The notes under the pieces were generated by a model, which saw only the letters and a program-made list of their open reading frames with translations, did no database searches and was not told the origin of the DNA. This document shows positions 1 to 18,099 of a stretch of 64,000 nt of DNA, in pieces (the first letter of the stretch is position 1; every line of letters begins with the position of its first letter). Source of the stretch: the human T2T-CHM13v2.0 reference genome, Homo sapiens; NCBI GenBank assembly GCA_009914755.4, contig CP068257.2, positions 29,984,001-30,048,000 on the forward strand. Reading direction: 5' to 3'. A program made the position numbers and the translations under genes.

Positions 1-338
<338 letters not shown>

Positions 339-341
339 TAG

Positions 342-624
342 CAGGATGTGGTGGTTCACACCTGTAATCCCAGCACTTTAGAAGGCCGAGGCAGGAGGTT
401 GGCTTGAGGCCAGGAATTTGATACCAACCTGGCAAGATGGTGAGTCTCTACAAAAAAATACAAAAATTACCCAGCTGTGGTGGTGTGTGCCTGTGGCCCC
501 AGTTACTTGGGAAGCTGACGTGGGAGTATGGCTTGAACCCAGGAGTTCGAGGCTGCAGTGAGCCATGTTTGTGCTACTGCATGCCAGGCTGGGCGACAGA
601 GTGAGACCCTGACTCACAAAAAAT
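342..624 (+). mobile_element. Alu (+)
   Basis: gcaggatgtggtggttcacacctgtaatcccagcacttta...ctgggcgacagagtgagaccctgactcacaaaaaa. Confidence 0.9.
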
Positions 625-718
625 GTGATTAATATTTCAATATATGTAGTATACTCTGAGTAAAGAAAATTACCCTCCATAATGTGGGTATGCGGTATCT
701 ATCAGTTGAACACCTTAA

Positions 719-1132
<414 letters not shown>

Positions 1133-1184
1133 CTGCAGCCCATACAATTACATGAGCCAGTTCCTCAAAACAATCTCTCTCTGT

Positions 1185-1250
1185 CTCACACACACGCACC
1201 CGCCACACATGTACACACACACGCCTGCATGTACACATGTACACACAACT
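1185..1250. repeat. Degenerate (CA)n / (CACG)-rich microsatellite
   Basis: tctcacacacacgcacccgccacacatgtacacacacacgcctgcatgtacacatgtacacaca. Confidence 0.85.
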
Positions 1251-1338
1251 ATTTCTGTAGAGAACTCTACCTAGAACAGCCATTTTGCCGGCTGAAAACA
1301 GCAGTCTGCTTTCTCAGGAACTTAGTTATTACTATTAT

Positions 1339-1625
1339 TTGAGACAGGGTCTCACTCTGTCACCCAGGCTGGAGTGCAGTGATGTGATCATAGCTCACTG
1401 CAGCCTCTACCTCCTGGGCTCAAGTGATCCTCCCATCTCATCCTCCCAAGTAACTGAGACCAAAGGTACACGTTACCACACCCAGCTAATTTTTAAATTT
1501 TTTTGTAGAGACAGGGTCTTGCTATGGTGCCAGGCTGGTCTTGAACTCCTGGGCTCAAGTGATCATCCTGCCTTGGTCTCCCAAAATGCTGGGATTATAG
1601 TTGTGAGCCACTTTGCCCGACCAGG
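1339..1625 (-). mobile_element. Alu (-)
   Basis: tttgagacagggtctcactctgtcacccaggctggagtgcagtgatgtgatcatagctcactgcagcc...gggattatagttgtgagccactttgcccgaccagg. Confidence 0.9.
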
Positions 1626-2309
1626 AACTTAGTTTTAAAGAATACATGCCTGTAAGGCTGGAATTTAGTATTGCCAAAATTACTCTTATGAATCTTTGGT
1701 TCTCAATAAGGTCTGGTGTATGGAGCCATCTTTACACAATATGTTGTTGGGTGGCATGTCAACCCAAAAATAGTCCTTTTCTCCGCTCTTAGAGATGAAC
1801 ATATTGCTGTTTCTGTGTGTTTGTTTTCAGTTGAGCATCAGTTGAAGGAATTGCTTGGTTATGTAGGGCCTTGTTGTATCAAAAATACGTACTTACAATA
1901 GCAGAATCAACTCACAAGGTGAGATGCTCACACCATGAGTGGTATCTACAGACTGACAGTGTGTGAAGGAATTTTGGATTCAAATCTCTAGTCTTCCTCC
2001 TACTACAGGGTATAAAATTGTTGATAGGAAGAGCAGACAAAATCTCTTTTATGATGTAAACTCATATTCTCTCCCTCTCTCTGCCTCTGCCCTCAACATG
2101 CATATATATAGTTGATTTAAGTTATATGTAAATGTAAGCTGGGTGCAACTCTCCTGTCCAGTAAGAATGAGGGCCTGGCCTACTGTCAGATTTCACTAAA
2201 CACATTTCTGGACAGTGGTGTGCATTAAGAGGTCTCTTCATAACCCTCCCCAAACGAGTCTTCAGTCATTTGAGTTTGCATAGCAATGTGAAAGAGACCA
2301 CTCTCTTCC

Positions 2310-2708
<399 letters not shown>

Positions 2709-2794
2709 TGAAAAAGGGGTTTATGCCTCAGTGTGTCCCCCCCCAGTATTGGCTGACCATTGTGGTGAATAGAATTCTGGGAAAATGATAGTGT

Positions 2795-3165
2795 GGGGCT
2801 GATATGGTTCAGCTCTGTGTCCCCACCCAAATCTCATCTCAAATTGTAATCCCCATATGTCAAGGGAGTGACTGGATGGGAGGTGATTGCATCATGGGGG
2901 CAGGTTCCCTCATCCTGTTGTCATGATAGTGAGTGGCTTCTCATGAGATCTGATGCTTTTAGAAGTGTTTGGCAGTTCCTCCTTCACTATTTCTCTTTTC
3001 CTGCCACCTTGTGAAGAAAATACTTGTTTCTCCTTTGCCTTCCACCATGATTGTAAGTTTCCTGAGGCCTCCCCAGCCATGCAGCCATGCAACCTCTTTC
3101 CTTTATAAATTACCCAGTCTCAAGTATTTCTTTATAGCAGTGTGAAAATGGACTAATACAGACAG
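2795..3165 (+). mobile_element. MaLR LTR (THE1/MST-like), + orientation
   Basis: tgatatggttcagctctgtgtccccacccaaatctcatctcaaattgtaatccccatatgtcaagggagtgactggatgggaggtgattgcatcatgggggcagg...ccatgattgtaagtttcctgaggcctccccagccatgcagccatgcaacctctttcctttataaattacccagtctcaagtatttctttatagcagtgtgaaaatggactaataca. Family name is from memory of the consensus. Confidence 0.65.
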
Positions 3166-3621
3166 TGGCTTCCAGGGCTAAGTCATCAAAGACATTGTGG
3201 CTTCCGTCTTGCTCTCTTGGATTACTCATTCTGAGGGAAGCCAGCTGCCATGTTGCAAGGCCACTCAGTGCACCTTCTGAGAGGCTCATGCAGAGAGGAC
3301 CTGAGGCCTCCCATCAACAGCCAGCACCAACATACCAGCCACGTGGGGGGACCATCCTGGAAGTGCATGCTGCAGCCCCAGTCCAACCTTCAAATGACTG
3401 CAGCCCACTTCAGCCAATATCTGACTACAACTTTATGAGAGAATTTGAAACGGAATTGCCCAGCCAACCCATGCTTGACATTCTGAGCCACTGAAATCAT
3501 GACAGAGAACAAGTGATGATTGTTATTATAAATCACTATAAATGGAGTAATTTGTTAGCAGCAATAACTAATATAGAAACATTATCTTTTTTATTTATTT
3601 ATTTATTTATTTATGTTATTT

Positions 3622-3975
<354 letters not shown>

Positions 3976-3984
3976 GTTTGACTA

Positions 3985-4095
3985 CTTTAGTTACCACATG
4001 TAAGTGCAATCATGCAGTATTTGTCCTTTTGTGACTGGCTTATGTCACTAAGCATAATGTCCTCAAGCTTCATCCATATTGTAGTGAAACGGCGT
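3985..4095 (-). mobile_element. Short L1 3' fragment (-)
   Basis: tgcaatcatgcagtatttgtccttttgtgactggcttatgtcactaagcataatgtcctcaagcttcatccatattgtagtg. Confidence 0.6.
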
Positions 4096-4139
4096 TATTT
4101 GTCTGGGGTAAATATCCAAGGTTTGTTGTTTCATGACCA

Positions 4140-5371
<1,232 letters not shown>

Positions 5372-5682
5372 TGATTCATGGATTCTTGTTTTAATCAAAT
5401 GTAATATTATACCGATAGTCATTCTGATGAACTTTGGGTTTTTTTTTTTTAACCTAACAATATATTCTGGATATCACTCTGTGTCAGTTCATAGAGATCT
5501 TCATTGTTGCTTTTTACAGTGACATGGTATTCCATTATGTAGACATACCATAATTTATTCAAACAATTTCTTACATATGGACATTGAGGTTGTTTTTAAT
5601 ATTGTGCAATTACAAATTATGCTTGAATAAATAGCCTTGTACACAAGCACATATATATGTATAAAAATATATATGTAGGCCA

Positions 5683-6174
<492 letters not shown>

Positions 6175-6689
6175 TCAGGAATTCAGGATAAGTACCCAGA
6201 AGTAAGATTTCCGCATCAGAGGGTAAATGCTGTGTAATTTTGTTGACTATTACTCAGTTCCCCTCAACGGGATCGCACTATTGTGTGAATCCCACAGCCT
6301 CATCCACAGCCTCACCGCATAGTGGTTTGTAAAGATTTTGAGTTTTTGCCATTCTGATGGGCAATAGGTGCATTGCAATTTAAATTTCTGTTTATATTAT
6401 TATGTAACTAGAGCTTGCATTCACCCACCATGTGAGTGGTTCCTAAGACTTTAATTTTGAGAAATGGCTTCTACTCAGGCTCCAGGTCCTTATTCTTCAG
6501 CCCCGACCCATCTTTCCTCCCTGTAGACACTTCCTTCCATCTAAACCGCCACGGCAGCCTCCTTCAGCACACAGATAACATCCTCCTCACTGAGTGGGCA
6601 GGAAAGGAGGTTCAAAGAATGAAGTGGTTTACCCAGCCAGTAAATGGAGAATCCAAGACTAGAGACCATCTGTTCATTTTTGTTTGTTT

Positions 6690-6835
6690 GCATTTTTTTC
6701 CTTTCTTTTCTTTATTCTTTCTTTCTTTTTCATTTCCTTTCTTCCTTCCTTTTCTTCCTTCCTCTTTCTTTTTTTCTTTCTTCTTTCTCTTCTTTCTCTT
6801 TCTTTTCTTGCTCTCTTTCTTCTTTCTTGTTGTTG
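6690..6835. repeat. Polypyrimidine (TTCC/CTTT/TCTT)n simple-repeat tract
   Basis: tttcctttcttttctttattctttctttctttttcatttcctttcttccttccttttcttccttcctctttctttttttctttcttctttctcttctttctctttcttttcttgctctctttcttctttcttg. Generates KR-rich and F/S/L-rich artefact ORFs in the track. Confidence 0.95.
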
Positions 6836-8747
6836 TTTTTGTTGAGACCATGTGCTCAGATTCCTAGTACATGACTATAAAGTTAGGAAAGAGCCCCCAA
6901 GACCACTTTCCCCTCTGATACCAATTTAAAGTTTAGGGGTCCCCACAACCACCTTCAAGTTCAATAATCCACTTGGTGGACTCGCAGAACGTACTGAAAG
7001 CTATTATACTTATACTTACAGTTTATCATAGCAAAAGGACACAGATTAACATCAGCCAAGGGAAGACACACATAGGGCAGTGTCCAGGAGAGCTTCCAGC
7101 AGTCCTCTCCCAGTGGAGTAATGGACTCCTTCTGGAAACTATATGCACGGACTATATACATGGAGTATTGCCAACCAAGGAAACTCACCAGGCTGTTGGT
7201 GTCCAGAGTGTATAGTAGGGCTTGGTCTTGTGGACATGGCTGGCTTGACCTTAGTCTATTCCTTCAGGGGTCAAGCTGATATGGTGTGGCCAAATCTCCC
7301 ACCATAAATCACATTGGTCTAACATGTTGTGTCTGTTTGGCATGGCCCATGGCCTCCAGGTAAACACAGTGCTATTATCAAGCAGGACATCTAAGGGCTT
7401 AGAGATCACCTCCCAAGAGCCAAGGGCAAAGCCCAGATCTCACTTCAAGTAAGCTTAAAATTCTTTACTACACAACACCCTTTCCTTGTTACAGGAGAGT
7501 GGGGGTGCCCTGCTGGCCCTCACAGAGGAAGAGCTCATAACTCATAACCCACAAAACTGTAATGAAGGGCAATCCCATCCGACTGAAAAATGGGACTGGA
7601 AACAGGCACTGAACATTCCAGAAGGAAAGAGAGGGGCACAGGGGAGCGCGTAAGTGGATTTAATGATGGCTAGTCTACAAGAAAAAGTGCAATCGATTCA
7701 GGTTATTGAAAATTCACCCCCAATATTTTCCTCTACTCATCAAACGTGGAAGAAAGGGGCTCATTGGAGCTTGCTCATGGCTCGCATCAGGGCCAGCCGG
7801 CCTGTCTTGTTCTCTGATTATAACATCAAGGACCCCTAGGTGGTGCTGATTTCTAGCTTGGGTGGCAAATAGTTAACAACAACAAAAAAGGAATCTGAAA
7901 GTTCAGCAAACCTCTTCTTTTTTTTTCAAACTTTTTTGTTTTTGATTAAGCACATTCCACAGTACAAAGCTGTCATGAATAATATCTGTACAATTGAACA
8001 GTTTCAATAGCTGTTCAGACACAAATTTATTTCAAACAAATAATTGGCAAACATAATTAACTACAAGTTAGAATTAGACTATCCCAGTGCTTTAAAACAT
8101 TAATATAGCAGTAATTTACATTTGCTCAATTATGGTTAGCAAAATAAAGTCCAGAGTATGGCTGGGAATTTACTATTATAATCCCAGAAAGTCAGAATTC
8201 CTTGGGTGCCAAAGTCCCTTGCTATAATTTAGTAGGAACAATTCAAAGGTTGTGTACATATTCAAAGGCCATGATCTCCCAAGGAACAAGGGGGACTTCT
8301 ATATTAAACAAGCAAAAACAACAAAAAATCTATTCATTCATTCCGAATTGTCTCCTCCTCTGCCCCTACCTTCCCCCTGGGCTTTCCTGAGCAGTTTGAT
8401 ATTGAAGTTGTAGGACGAAAAGAGGTCAAAACTAAATCACTTTCACAACCACCATCAAGCTTACAACATCTGCCTTATGAATGGAGGTTTATTGTTTACG
8501 CTTTGAGACTCAACTTCTCAAAAACATAAATTAGTAACATGGGAAGGAAGGATTTTTTTTAAGAAAAACTAAAAAAGCAAAGCCAACTCGATAAATCACA
8601 TACACACACATTGATCCCCACACCGTTCTCAATGCAAAGGACAAATCGGAGCCCAAGGACCTTCCCTTTAGTAGTAGAGCATGCTTCCACAGGAAGAGGT
8701 TTAATTTATAGGAGGCTGTTTATTGGTCCTTTAAAATGCTATTGATG

Positions 8748-9042
8748 GCCGGGCACGGTGGCTCCCAAAGTAATCCCAGCACTTTGGGAGCCTGAGGCAG
8801 GCGGATCACAAGGTCAGGAGTTCGAGACCAGTTCGGTCAATATAGTGAAACCCCGTCTCTATTAAAAATGCAAAAATTAGCTGGGTGTGGTGGCACGTGC
8901 CTGTAGTCCCAGCTACTTGGGAGGCTGAGGCAGGAGAATCACTTGAACCTGGAGGTGAGGAGGTTGCAGCGATCTGAGATTGCGCCACTGCACTCCAGCC
9001 CGGGCTACAATGCGAGACTCTGTCTCAAAAAAAAAAAAAAGT
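8748..9042 (+). mobile_element. Alu (+)
   Basis: ggccgggcacggtggctcccaaagtaatcccagcactttgggagcctgaggcaggcggatcacaaggtcaggagttcgagacc...gagactctgtctcaaaaaaaaaaaaaa. Confidence 0.9.
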
Positions 9043-9124
9043 TATTGACATTCCTTGATCTTTGGAAACAACGGCAAAGGGCAAATCAAACCTAATATTG
9101 AATAAGGGAGAAGGAGTGCCAACT

Positions 9125-9252
9125 GGATGCCAATGTCCTTTCCATGCACTGTCAGGGTGATAGTGCCAGATGCCAACGTCCTTTCCATGCACCATCAGGG
9201 AGACAGTGCCATTTACACATTTGGGCTGTGTACTCGGGAGTACTCGGGAGCT
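9125..9252. repeat. Local tandem duplications: about 45-bp unit (x2) at 9,125-9,212 and a 10-bp unit gtactcggga(g) x2 at 9,231-9,252
   Basis: tgccaa(t/c)gtcctttccatgcac(tg/ca)tcaggg(tg/ag)a(t/c)agtgcca repeated twice; ...gtactcgggagtactcgggagc. Confidence 0.8.
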
Positions 9253-10019
9253 TTGAGAACCTGCTGAGGCCGCAGCAGCACGTGACACCAGAGATGACTG
9301 GGGTGGGATTCATGGACTTGAGGCTTTACACCACTTAGGAGTGCCCTCCCCTCAGCATGGACCTCTGAACCAGCCTGACCTGACCTGCAGGCTCCAACAC
9401 ACCAGCGGGCCCTGCCAGAACCTTGGCAAGGACAGGATGCATGAATTCCAGAGCCAGGACAGCCCGTCAATAGGGCCTTATTATTTCCCCTTCCCAGGGC
9501 CACAACTGCACAGAATAATGATTTTTGACAGTGAAGCCAAATGAATACTACGGGAAGTGACCACTAGTACTCAGGAGTACTTATGAGAAAAAGAATAAGA
9601 ACAAAAATGTTTAAGTTACCTCTCTATTGTATAATATATACTGTACAACAAATAAAACATTCATGTTCAACTTTAGAAATTACATTTTAAAACAAGATTC
9701 TCCTTAAAAACACACACAAACCACACACACAATGACAACAAAATAAAAACACTGTAGGAATACTGCAGGAAGGGTTCCAGGTAATCCACATCAACCCTGG
9801 TATCAGGTTCTTGAGTCCAGTCCATGGCTAAGCGCGAACACACTCTGTATTAGTGTCTCAAGTGCAGGGGGCCCTGACCCCAGCAACTTTGAAGTTAAAC
9901 TGTTATGTACATTATATCTACATGTGAATACAGTATTTTAAATTAGGAGGCAAGCACACATATAAAGGTGTTACTCTACCAAATATCAGGAGATGGTTGC
10001 GGTTCAGAGAACAGTTAAT

Positions 10020-10150
10020 AAAAGGGCTAACCCCCATGGCACGTGTATACCTATGTAACAAAAGTGCACGTTCTGCACATGTATTCCAGAACTTAAAATA
10101 TAATTTAAAAAAATTAAAAATAAAATAAAAGAGCTATGTTGGGAGATAAT
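10020..10150 (+). mobile_element. L1 3' end fragment (+) with A-rich tail. The adjacent Alu at 10,165-10,472 has TSD aactgactta(t/c)agttct.
   Basis: ggctaacccccatggcacgtgtatacctatgtaacaaaagtgcacgttctgcacatgtattccagaacttaaaatataatttaaaaaaattaaaaataaaataaaa. Confidence 0.65.
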
Positions 10151-10156
10151 AACTGA

Positions 10157-10472
<316 letters not shown>

Positions 10473-11101
10473 CTGACTTACAGTTCTTTAAATTAAAAGA
10501 AATTGGTATAGAAAGGAAGTATAATCCAAAACATATTACTAAAACGACCCAGAGAGATTTTTCCATTGTCCAACATGTTCCTAATACAGCAAGTCAAAAT
10601 TCATAATGACTTGGACGGTCAAAAGGAGAATGTTAACTTTTGAAAATGAAAGCCGTGGACATTCTGAGTAGGTGTTTGGCACCCAAAATTTCACTGAAGA
10701 AGAATGCTGTTTCTTAGTATCAAACCAAAGTGCAAAGCAATATAAATTAGAGGCCAAGACTTCTCTTGGCGTCAATTTACTTCTGTAAAACAGATTCTAT
10801 GTTCCTTTTCTATGATCAGTTTACATTTGAAACATTAGATTTTTTCACTAATGAGGGAAGGAAATGGGCTTCTGTGCTACTTTCAAGTCAGTGAAGCTAA
10901 GGTCTCCTTCTCAAAGTAGAGCTGGAATCAGAGGTGAGAAATGTCGGGACTTGAAGAGTTAGGCTGCTTTGCATCTACCCAGCGTCTAGAACCAATTCCA
11001 GCTTCATAACTCAGCTGTGAACGAACTCCCTTAGGCATTGGTAGCCACGTAGCCAGTAGTTCAAGACTAGAAAACCCGGAAACGGGTGAAAGTGCAGACT
11101 G

Positions 11102-12640
11102 TTATCTAGAGATGTAAGTGTATGTTCTGGAGGGGGAATGGGTCTCATTCTGGGCACTGGGAGGCACATTTAAGAAACCACAAATCAAAATAGTGTCATC
11201 ATGGGAGCTGCTGACGATTTGAAACTCATCAAACTGTAGGCAAAACACATGTCCAGAATGTTCCACCAATGTGCGCAAACACAATGTGCTTGCTGGGGCT
11301 CGAGGGTCAAGAGCGGCTTGCAAGTCCTAAACTTTAATTTTCCCATCATAGGCCCGGCTGACCATCCTCTTGTTATCAAACTGGATGCATCGGACCAATT
11401 CTTCATGTCCCTCTAGGACTCTTAAACAGGAGCCACATTCAATATCCAAGAGCCTAATGGTATGATCTGATGATCCACTAACAACCAGCCCATCCCTGTA
11501 CTGGAGACAAGACTCGCTTGTGCCCATTGAGAGTACGAGCAAATTCACAGGTGCTCATGCTCCAGACTTTGATGGTCCTGTCACCAGAGGCAGACACGAT
11601 GTATTTCTCGTCAAAGTCTACTACGTTGACAGCAGCTCAGTGGACAACCAGGACACCACGTAAAGTGATATCGGTCGCAGAAGCCATGTCCCACACAGCA
11701 ATGGAGCGGTCCTTGGAACAGGTCACCATCAGTCCACTGCTGAAGCGTAAGTGCAGTACATCCTCATTGTGGTGGATTAATGTGTTAAGAACTTCACCCG
11801 TGTTCACTTCCCACACTCTCACCGTAGAATCCGAAGAGCCAGTTACAATGACACGCTCATCCTACTGCAGATAGAGGACAGAACCTGTGTGGCCATTAAC
11901 ACTTTCAAACATTCCAGGCTGGTTTTATCCCAAATCTTAATTATCTTGTAGGCCACTGATAATTTTTTCATCATCGTACTGTAAACCATAGACACCTTTA
12001 CTATTTTCAGAGTGGTACTGAATCCTCTGCAAGCTGTGTCGGCCACACCGCTAGGTGGATTCTATAGTCTCTATATCCTGGATAATGTTTGGGTATAATG
12101 ACCTATAAAATGAATTTGGAGGGCTAGATATGGGTCTGTTTTGAAACAGGTACTGATCCCACCCTCTTCTTTCTGAAAGTCCTTTCCATAGGGGATCAGT
12201 GTGTACCATTCGTTCAATCAGCTTCTTCCAAAGCATTCATTCTGAGATCAATCCCTGCCATCCTTTACATACCAGCTCTGCTGCACACAGAGACCTGGTA
12301 ACCAGGTACAAAAGAATGTTTTCTGCTATGTGATCTAAGCCTTGCTCGGGTAAAGCAGTAATAAAGTCCTGCTGCAACATGGGCTTCAGGTAAGAGTTGA
12401 TACGTCCATGGTGATAATGACACATTCGTGAAATAAGATGTTCCACAAATTCCAACTGATCTGATTCAGACCCCTGGTTAAAATATTGAATATACAAGTC
12501 TTTTTCTTTTTGGTAGTTTCCTTCTGATGGCCTCTTTCTGGAGATGATCACAAATGATGTTCCATTACTTATCTGCCAAGGAGTATTTTTCTTTGGGGAC
12601 TTATCTTCATCTTGATCTTCCAGAACTGAAGTGTTAGTTC
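11102..12640 (-). pseudogene. FBXW11P1: Processed (intronless) pseudogene of FBXW11 / beta-TrCP2 (F-box + 7 WD40 repeats); 5'-truncated, with multiple frameshifts and stops
   Basis: Minus-strand ORF fragments in three frames together cover nearly the whole FBXW11 protein in order: ...[47 protein letters not shown]...; [31 protein letters not shown]...; ...[15 protein letters not shown]...; [17 protein letters not shown]...; ...[49 protein letters not shown]; ...[55 protein letters not shown]. There are no introns. Homology starts about 15 codons into the parental ORF and directly abuts a MaLR LTR fragment. 3'UTR-derived sequence probably continues to about 10,480. Confidence 0.85.
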
Positions 12641-12775
12641 CACATGGCTGGGGAGGCCTCATAATCACGGCAGAAGGCAAGGAGGAGCAGGTCACATCTT
12701 ACGTGCAATGGCAGCAAGCAAAGAGAGAGAAGCTTGTGCAGGGAAACTCCCCTTTTTTAAAAACATCCGATCTCA
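12640..12775 (-). mobile_element. MaLR LTR fragment (-) abutting the 5' end of the FBXW11 retrocopy
   Basis: acatggctggggaggcctcataatcacggcagaaggcaaggaggagcaggtcacatcttacgtgcaatggcagcaagcaaagagagagaagcttgtgcagggaaactccccttttttaaaaacatccgatctca. Confidence 0.55.
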
Positions 12776-12777
12776 AC

Positions 12778-13300
<523 letters not shown>

Positions 13301-14264
13301 ACAAAGAACAGAGAGCAAAAATAAAATGTACAAGTCCTTCTCCTTCCCATAACTCCCCCCTCGCAGGCCTGCCTTCCGCTAGCCATCTCCTGGACTTCCT
13401 CAGGCTTGACCCTGGCATCCAGGGTTTCTCCCTTACTGGCAGGCAACACCCACATTCCAGGTGGGCTTCTTTGGAAGCAGAGTTACTTGCCTTGAGTTGG
13501 AGGGGTGGGGTGGAAAATCATCCCTTCCCCACAAGCTAACCACACTCTTCACAGAAAGGATTGCTCTGATGTGCCTATGGATCCTCCCTTTCCCCTTGAC
13601 AGCCTGCAGGAAAGGAATGGGTTCCAGGTCAGAGAATTGGTCCTGCCACCTCTTAGCAAGTTATGTGGGGTTGCCTTTACTCCTCACTTTGAAATGTCAG
13701 CGGCTTGTCACTTGTCACTTATATTCTCGGTTTGAGGCTTCAGCTGACATCCTCAGACAAGAGTCTGTTATGGTCTTTCAAATCTAGGGGTCCGTAGATT
13801 GACCACATAAGACCATATTTGTCCCAGTGGCCATTTCATAGTTGGCTCACTCTTTCTCCAGCATGAACGTGACATGATCAAAATTATGACTGCCCTTCAT
13901 AAGGGTCATTCTGGCTGCCCTAAAGGGACTTTGCTAGCATCTCTGGCTTCCATGCCTACTCAATTAGAAACTTTCCATCTTTGTCCAGTTTTAACAGACT
14001 GAGATCTTGGCCAAGCCTAAAATCTGAGGTTCTCACCTATCATCTCCATGAATGAACAACAAATACTACCTACTTTGCTGATTTCTATGACTCAAATATC
14101 CTTTCATTAGCAAAATGCGGAATTACAGAATGGAAGCAGCTTGCATTTTGTTTTGATATGGACTTATTCATCAAATATTTATTAGAGTTGACTCTGTGCT
14201 GGCACTATGCCTGGACTGGAGGTTTAATAATGAACAAGACAGGCAAGGTTAAATTTGACGAAAG

Positions 14265-14569
<305 letters not shown>

Positions 14570-14969
14570 CTAGCTTTCAGTTCTGGAGGAAAAAATTCTC
14601 TAGGAACTGAAAATCTTAACTTAGTCTCCATGATAACTGAATCTTACCTCTTGTAAAATTTGCCTTAATAGTATTTTTAATAGTTAAAGCATTTAAAATT
14701 TTTATGTTGGATTTATTTTATTTCATTTTGGAACTCGGGTTCCAAAGGTAGATTTAATCATACTCCTCAATTTGTGGCACACTTAAAAAAAAGAATAACT
14801 TTATTGTGGTAAGAATACTTAACATGAAAGCTACCCTCTTAATACGTTTTCAAGTATACAATACAGTATTGCTAAATATAAGTACAGTGTTGTACAGCAG
14901 GTCTCTAGGGCTCATTCATCTTGCTTAACTGACACTTTATGCCTGTTGATTAGAAACTTTCCATTGAGG

Positions 14970-15361
<392 letters not shown>

Positions 15362-15687
15362 TCATGCAGTATTTGTTCTTCTGTGACTGGCTTATTTCAC
15401 TTAGCATAATGTCTCAAAGTTCATCCATGTAGTCCCATATTGCAGAAGTTTCTTCTTTTCTAAGGCTGAATAATAACATTCCACTGCATGTGTATTCCAC
15501 ACTTTCTTTATCCACTCATTTGCTAATGGACAGTTGGGCTGTTTCTGTATCTTGGCTATTATGAATAATTCTGCAATGAATATGGCAGTGTTAATAACTC
15601 TTGGAGATTCCAGTTTCAATCCTTTTGGATCAATACCCATAAGTTGAATTGCTGGGTCATATGGTAGTTCTATTTTTAATTAATTAA

Positions 15688-16011
<324 letters not shown>

Positions 16012-16199
16012 TAATTTTTTGAGGAACCTCTATGCTATTTTTCATAGCGGTTGCACCATTTTGCATTCCCATCTACAGCGTAAGAGGATTCCAGTTTCTT
16101 CATATCCTCACCAGAGCTTTTTGTCTTTTGTCTGATAATAGCCATCCTGACAGGTGTAAGGTGATATCTCATTGTGGTTTGGATTTGCATTTCTTTGAT

Positions 16200-16840
<641 letters not shown>

Positions 16841-17844
16841 GTAGTGCAAGAACAGCCTTACACAATTAGTGACAGAGTGTCTTTCTGTTGGGCATTTGGA
16901 TGGCTTCTTTGGAGAACTGTCTATTCAAGTCTTTAGCCCATTTTAAAATTGGGTTATCATTATTTTTTTTGCTATCAAGTTGTAGGTAGTCCCTATGTAT
17001 TTTGGAAATTATCCCCTTATCAGATGTATGGTCTGCCAACATTTCTCCACCCTGTAGATTGCCTTTTTTACTCTGTTGATTATTTCCTTTGCTTTGCAGA
17101 ATTTTTTTAGTTTGGTGTAGAACCACTTATTTATTTCTGCTTTTGTGGCCTGTGCTTTTGGTGTCATAGCCATGAAATCGCTGCCAAGACTAATAGCATG
17201 AAGATTTCCCCTATGTGTTCTTCTACGAGTTTTATAGTTTAGGTCTAATATTTAAGTCTTTAATCCATTTTTAGTTGATTTTTGGGATAGTGTAAATTAA
17301 GGCTGCGATTTCATTCTTTTAGATGTGAATATCCAGTTTTCCCGACACTATCTGTTGAGGAGACTTTTGTCATTATGTATTCTTGGCATCCCTGTCAAAG
17401 ATCAGTTGACCATTATTTGCAGATTCTGTTAAGTCTCTCTCTATTGTGTTCCACTGGTCTATATGGCTGTCTTCATACCAGTACCATATTGTTTTCATTT
17501 CTGTAGTTTTGTAAAATATTTTGTAATCAGGAAGTGTGATGCCTTCAGCTTTGCTCTTCATTTTCAAGATTAGTTTGGCTATTTGGGGTCTTTTTTGGCC
17601 TCACATGAATTTTAGAATTGCTTTTTTTTTTTAATTCTGTAAAAAATGCCATTGCAGTTTTGATAGGGAATGCATTCAATCTGTAGATGACTTTGGGTAG
17701 CATTGGACATTTTAACAACATTAAGTTTTCTAATCCATGACCATGGGAAGTCTTTCCATTTATTTGGATCTTCTTCAATTTCATTTATCAATGTTTTGTA
17801 GTTTTCTGTTTATAAGTGTTTCACCCCTTAGTTAAATTTGTTCC

Positions 17845-17990
17845 TAAATATTGAACGGGGTCTTGCTATGTTGCCTAGGCTGGTCTTGAACTCCTGAGCT
17901 CAAGCGATACTCCCACCTCAGCCTTTGTGACCTGCCCGCCTCAGCCTCCCAAAGTGCTGGGATTACAGGTGTGAGCCACTGCGCCTGGCC
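17845..17990 (-). mobile_element. Partial Alu (-)
   Basis: gaacggggtcttgctatgttgcctaggctggtcttgaactcctgagctcaagcgatactcccacctcagcc...gggattacaggtgtgagccactgcgcctggcc. Confidence 0.85.
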
Positions 17991-18099
17991 AATTTTTTTC
18001 TATTTTTTATTCTCTATATTGTCGATTTCTCCTCTAATTTTTATTATTTCATTTCTTCTGTTAACTTTGGGCATAGTTTGTTCTTCTTCTTCTAGTGGT

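Noticed and set aside
6436-6867. 143-aa (+) and 79-aa (-) ORFs, the latter extremely Lys/Arg/Glu-rich (KKKESKKRKRKKRKKKEKKKEEGRKGRKK...)
   Set aside because: Translation of a (TTCC/CTTT)n polypyrimidine simple repeat and its complement. The same explanation applies to 40,465-40,806 and 40,586-40,774.
11518-11874. 118-aa ORF on the + strand
   Set aside because: Antisense to the FBXW11 retro-pseudogene, an open antisense frame of a WD40 coding sequence. It is not an independent gene.
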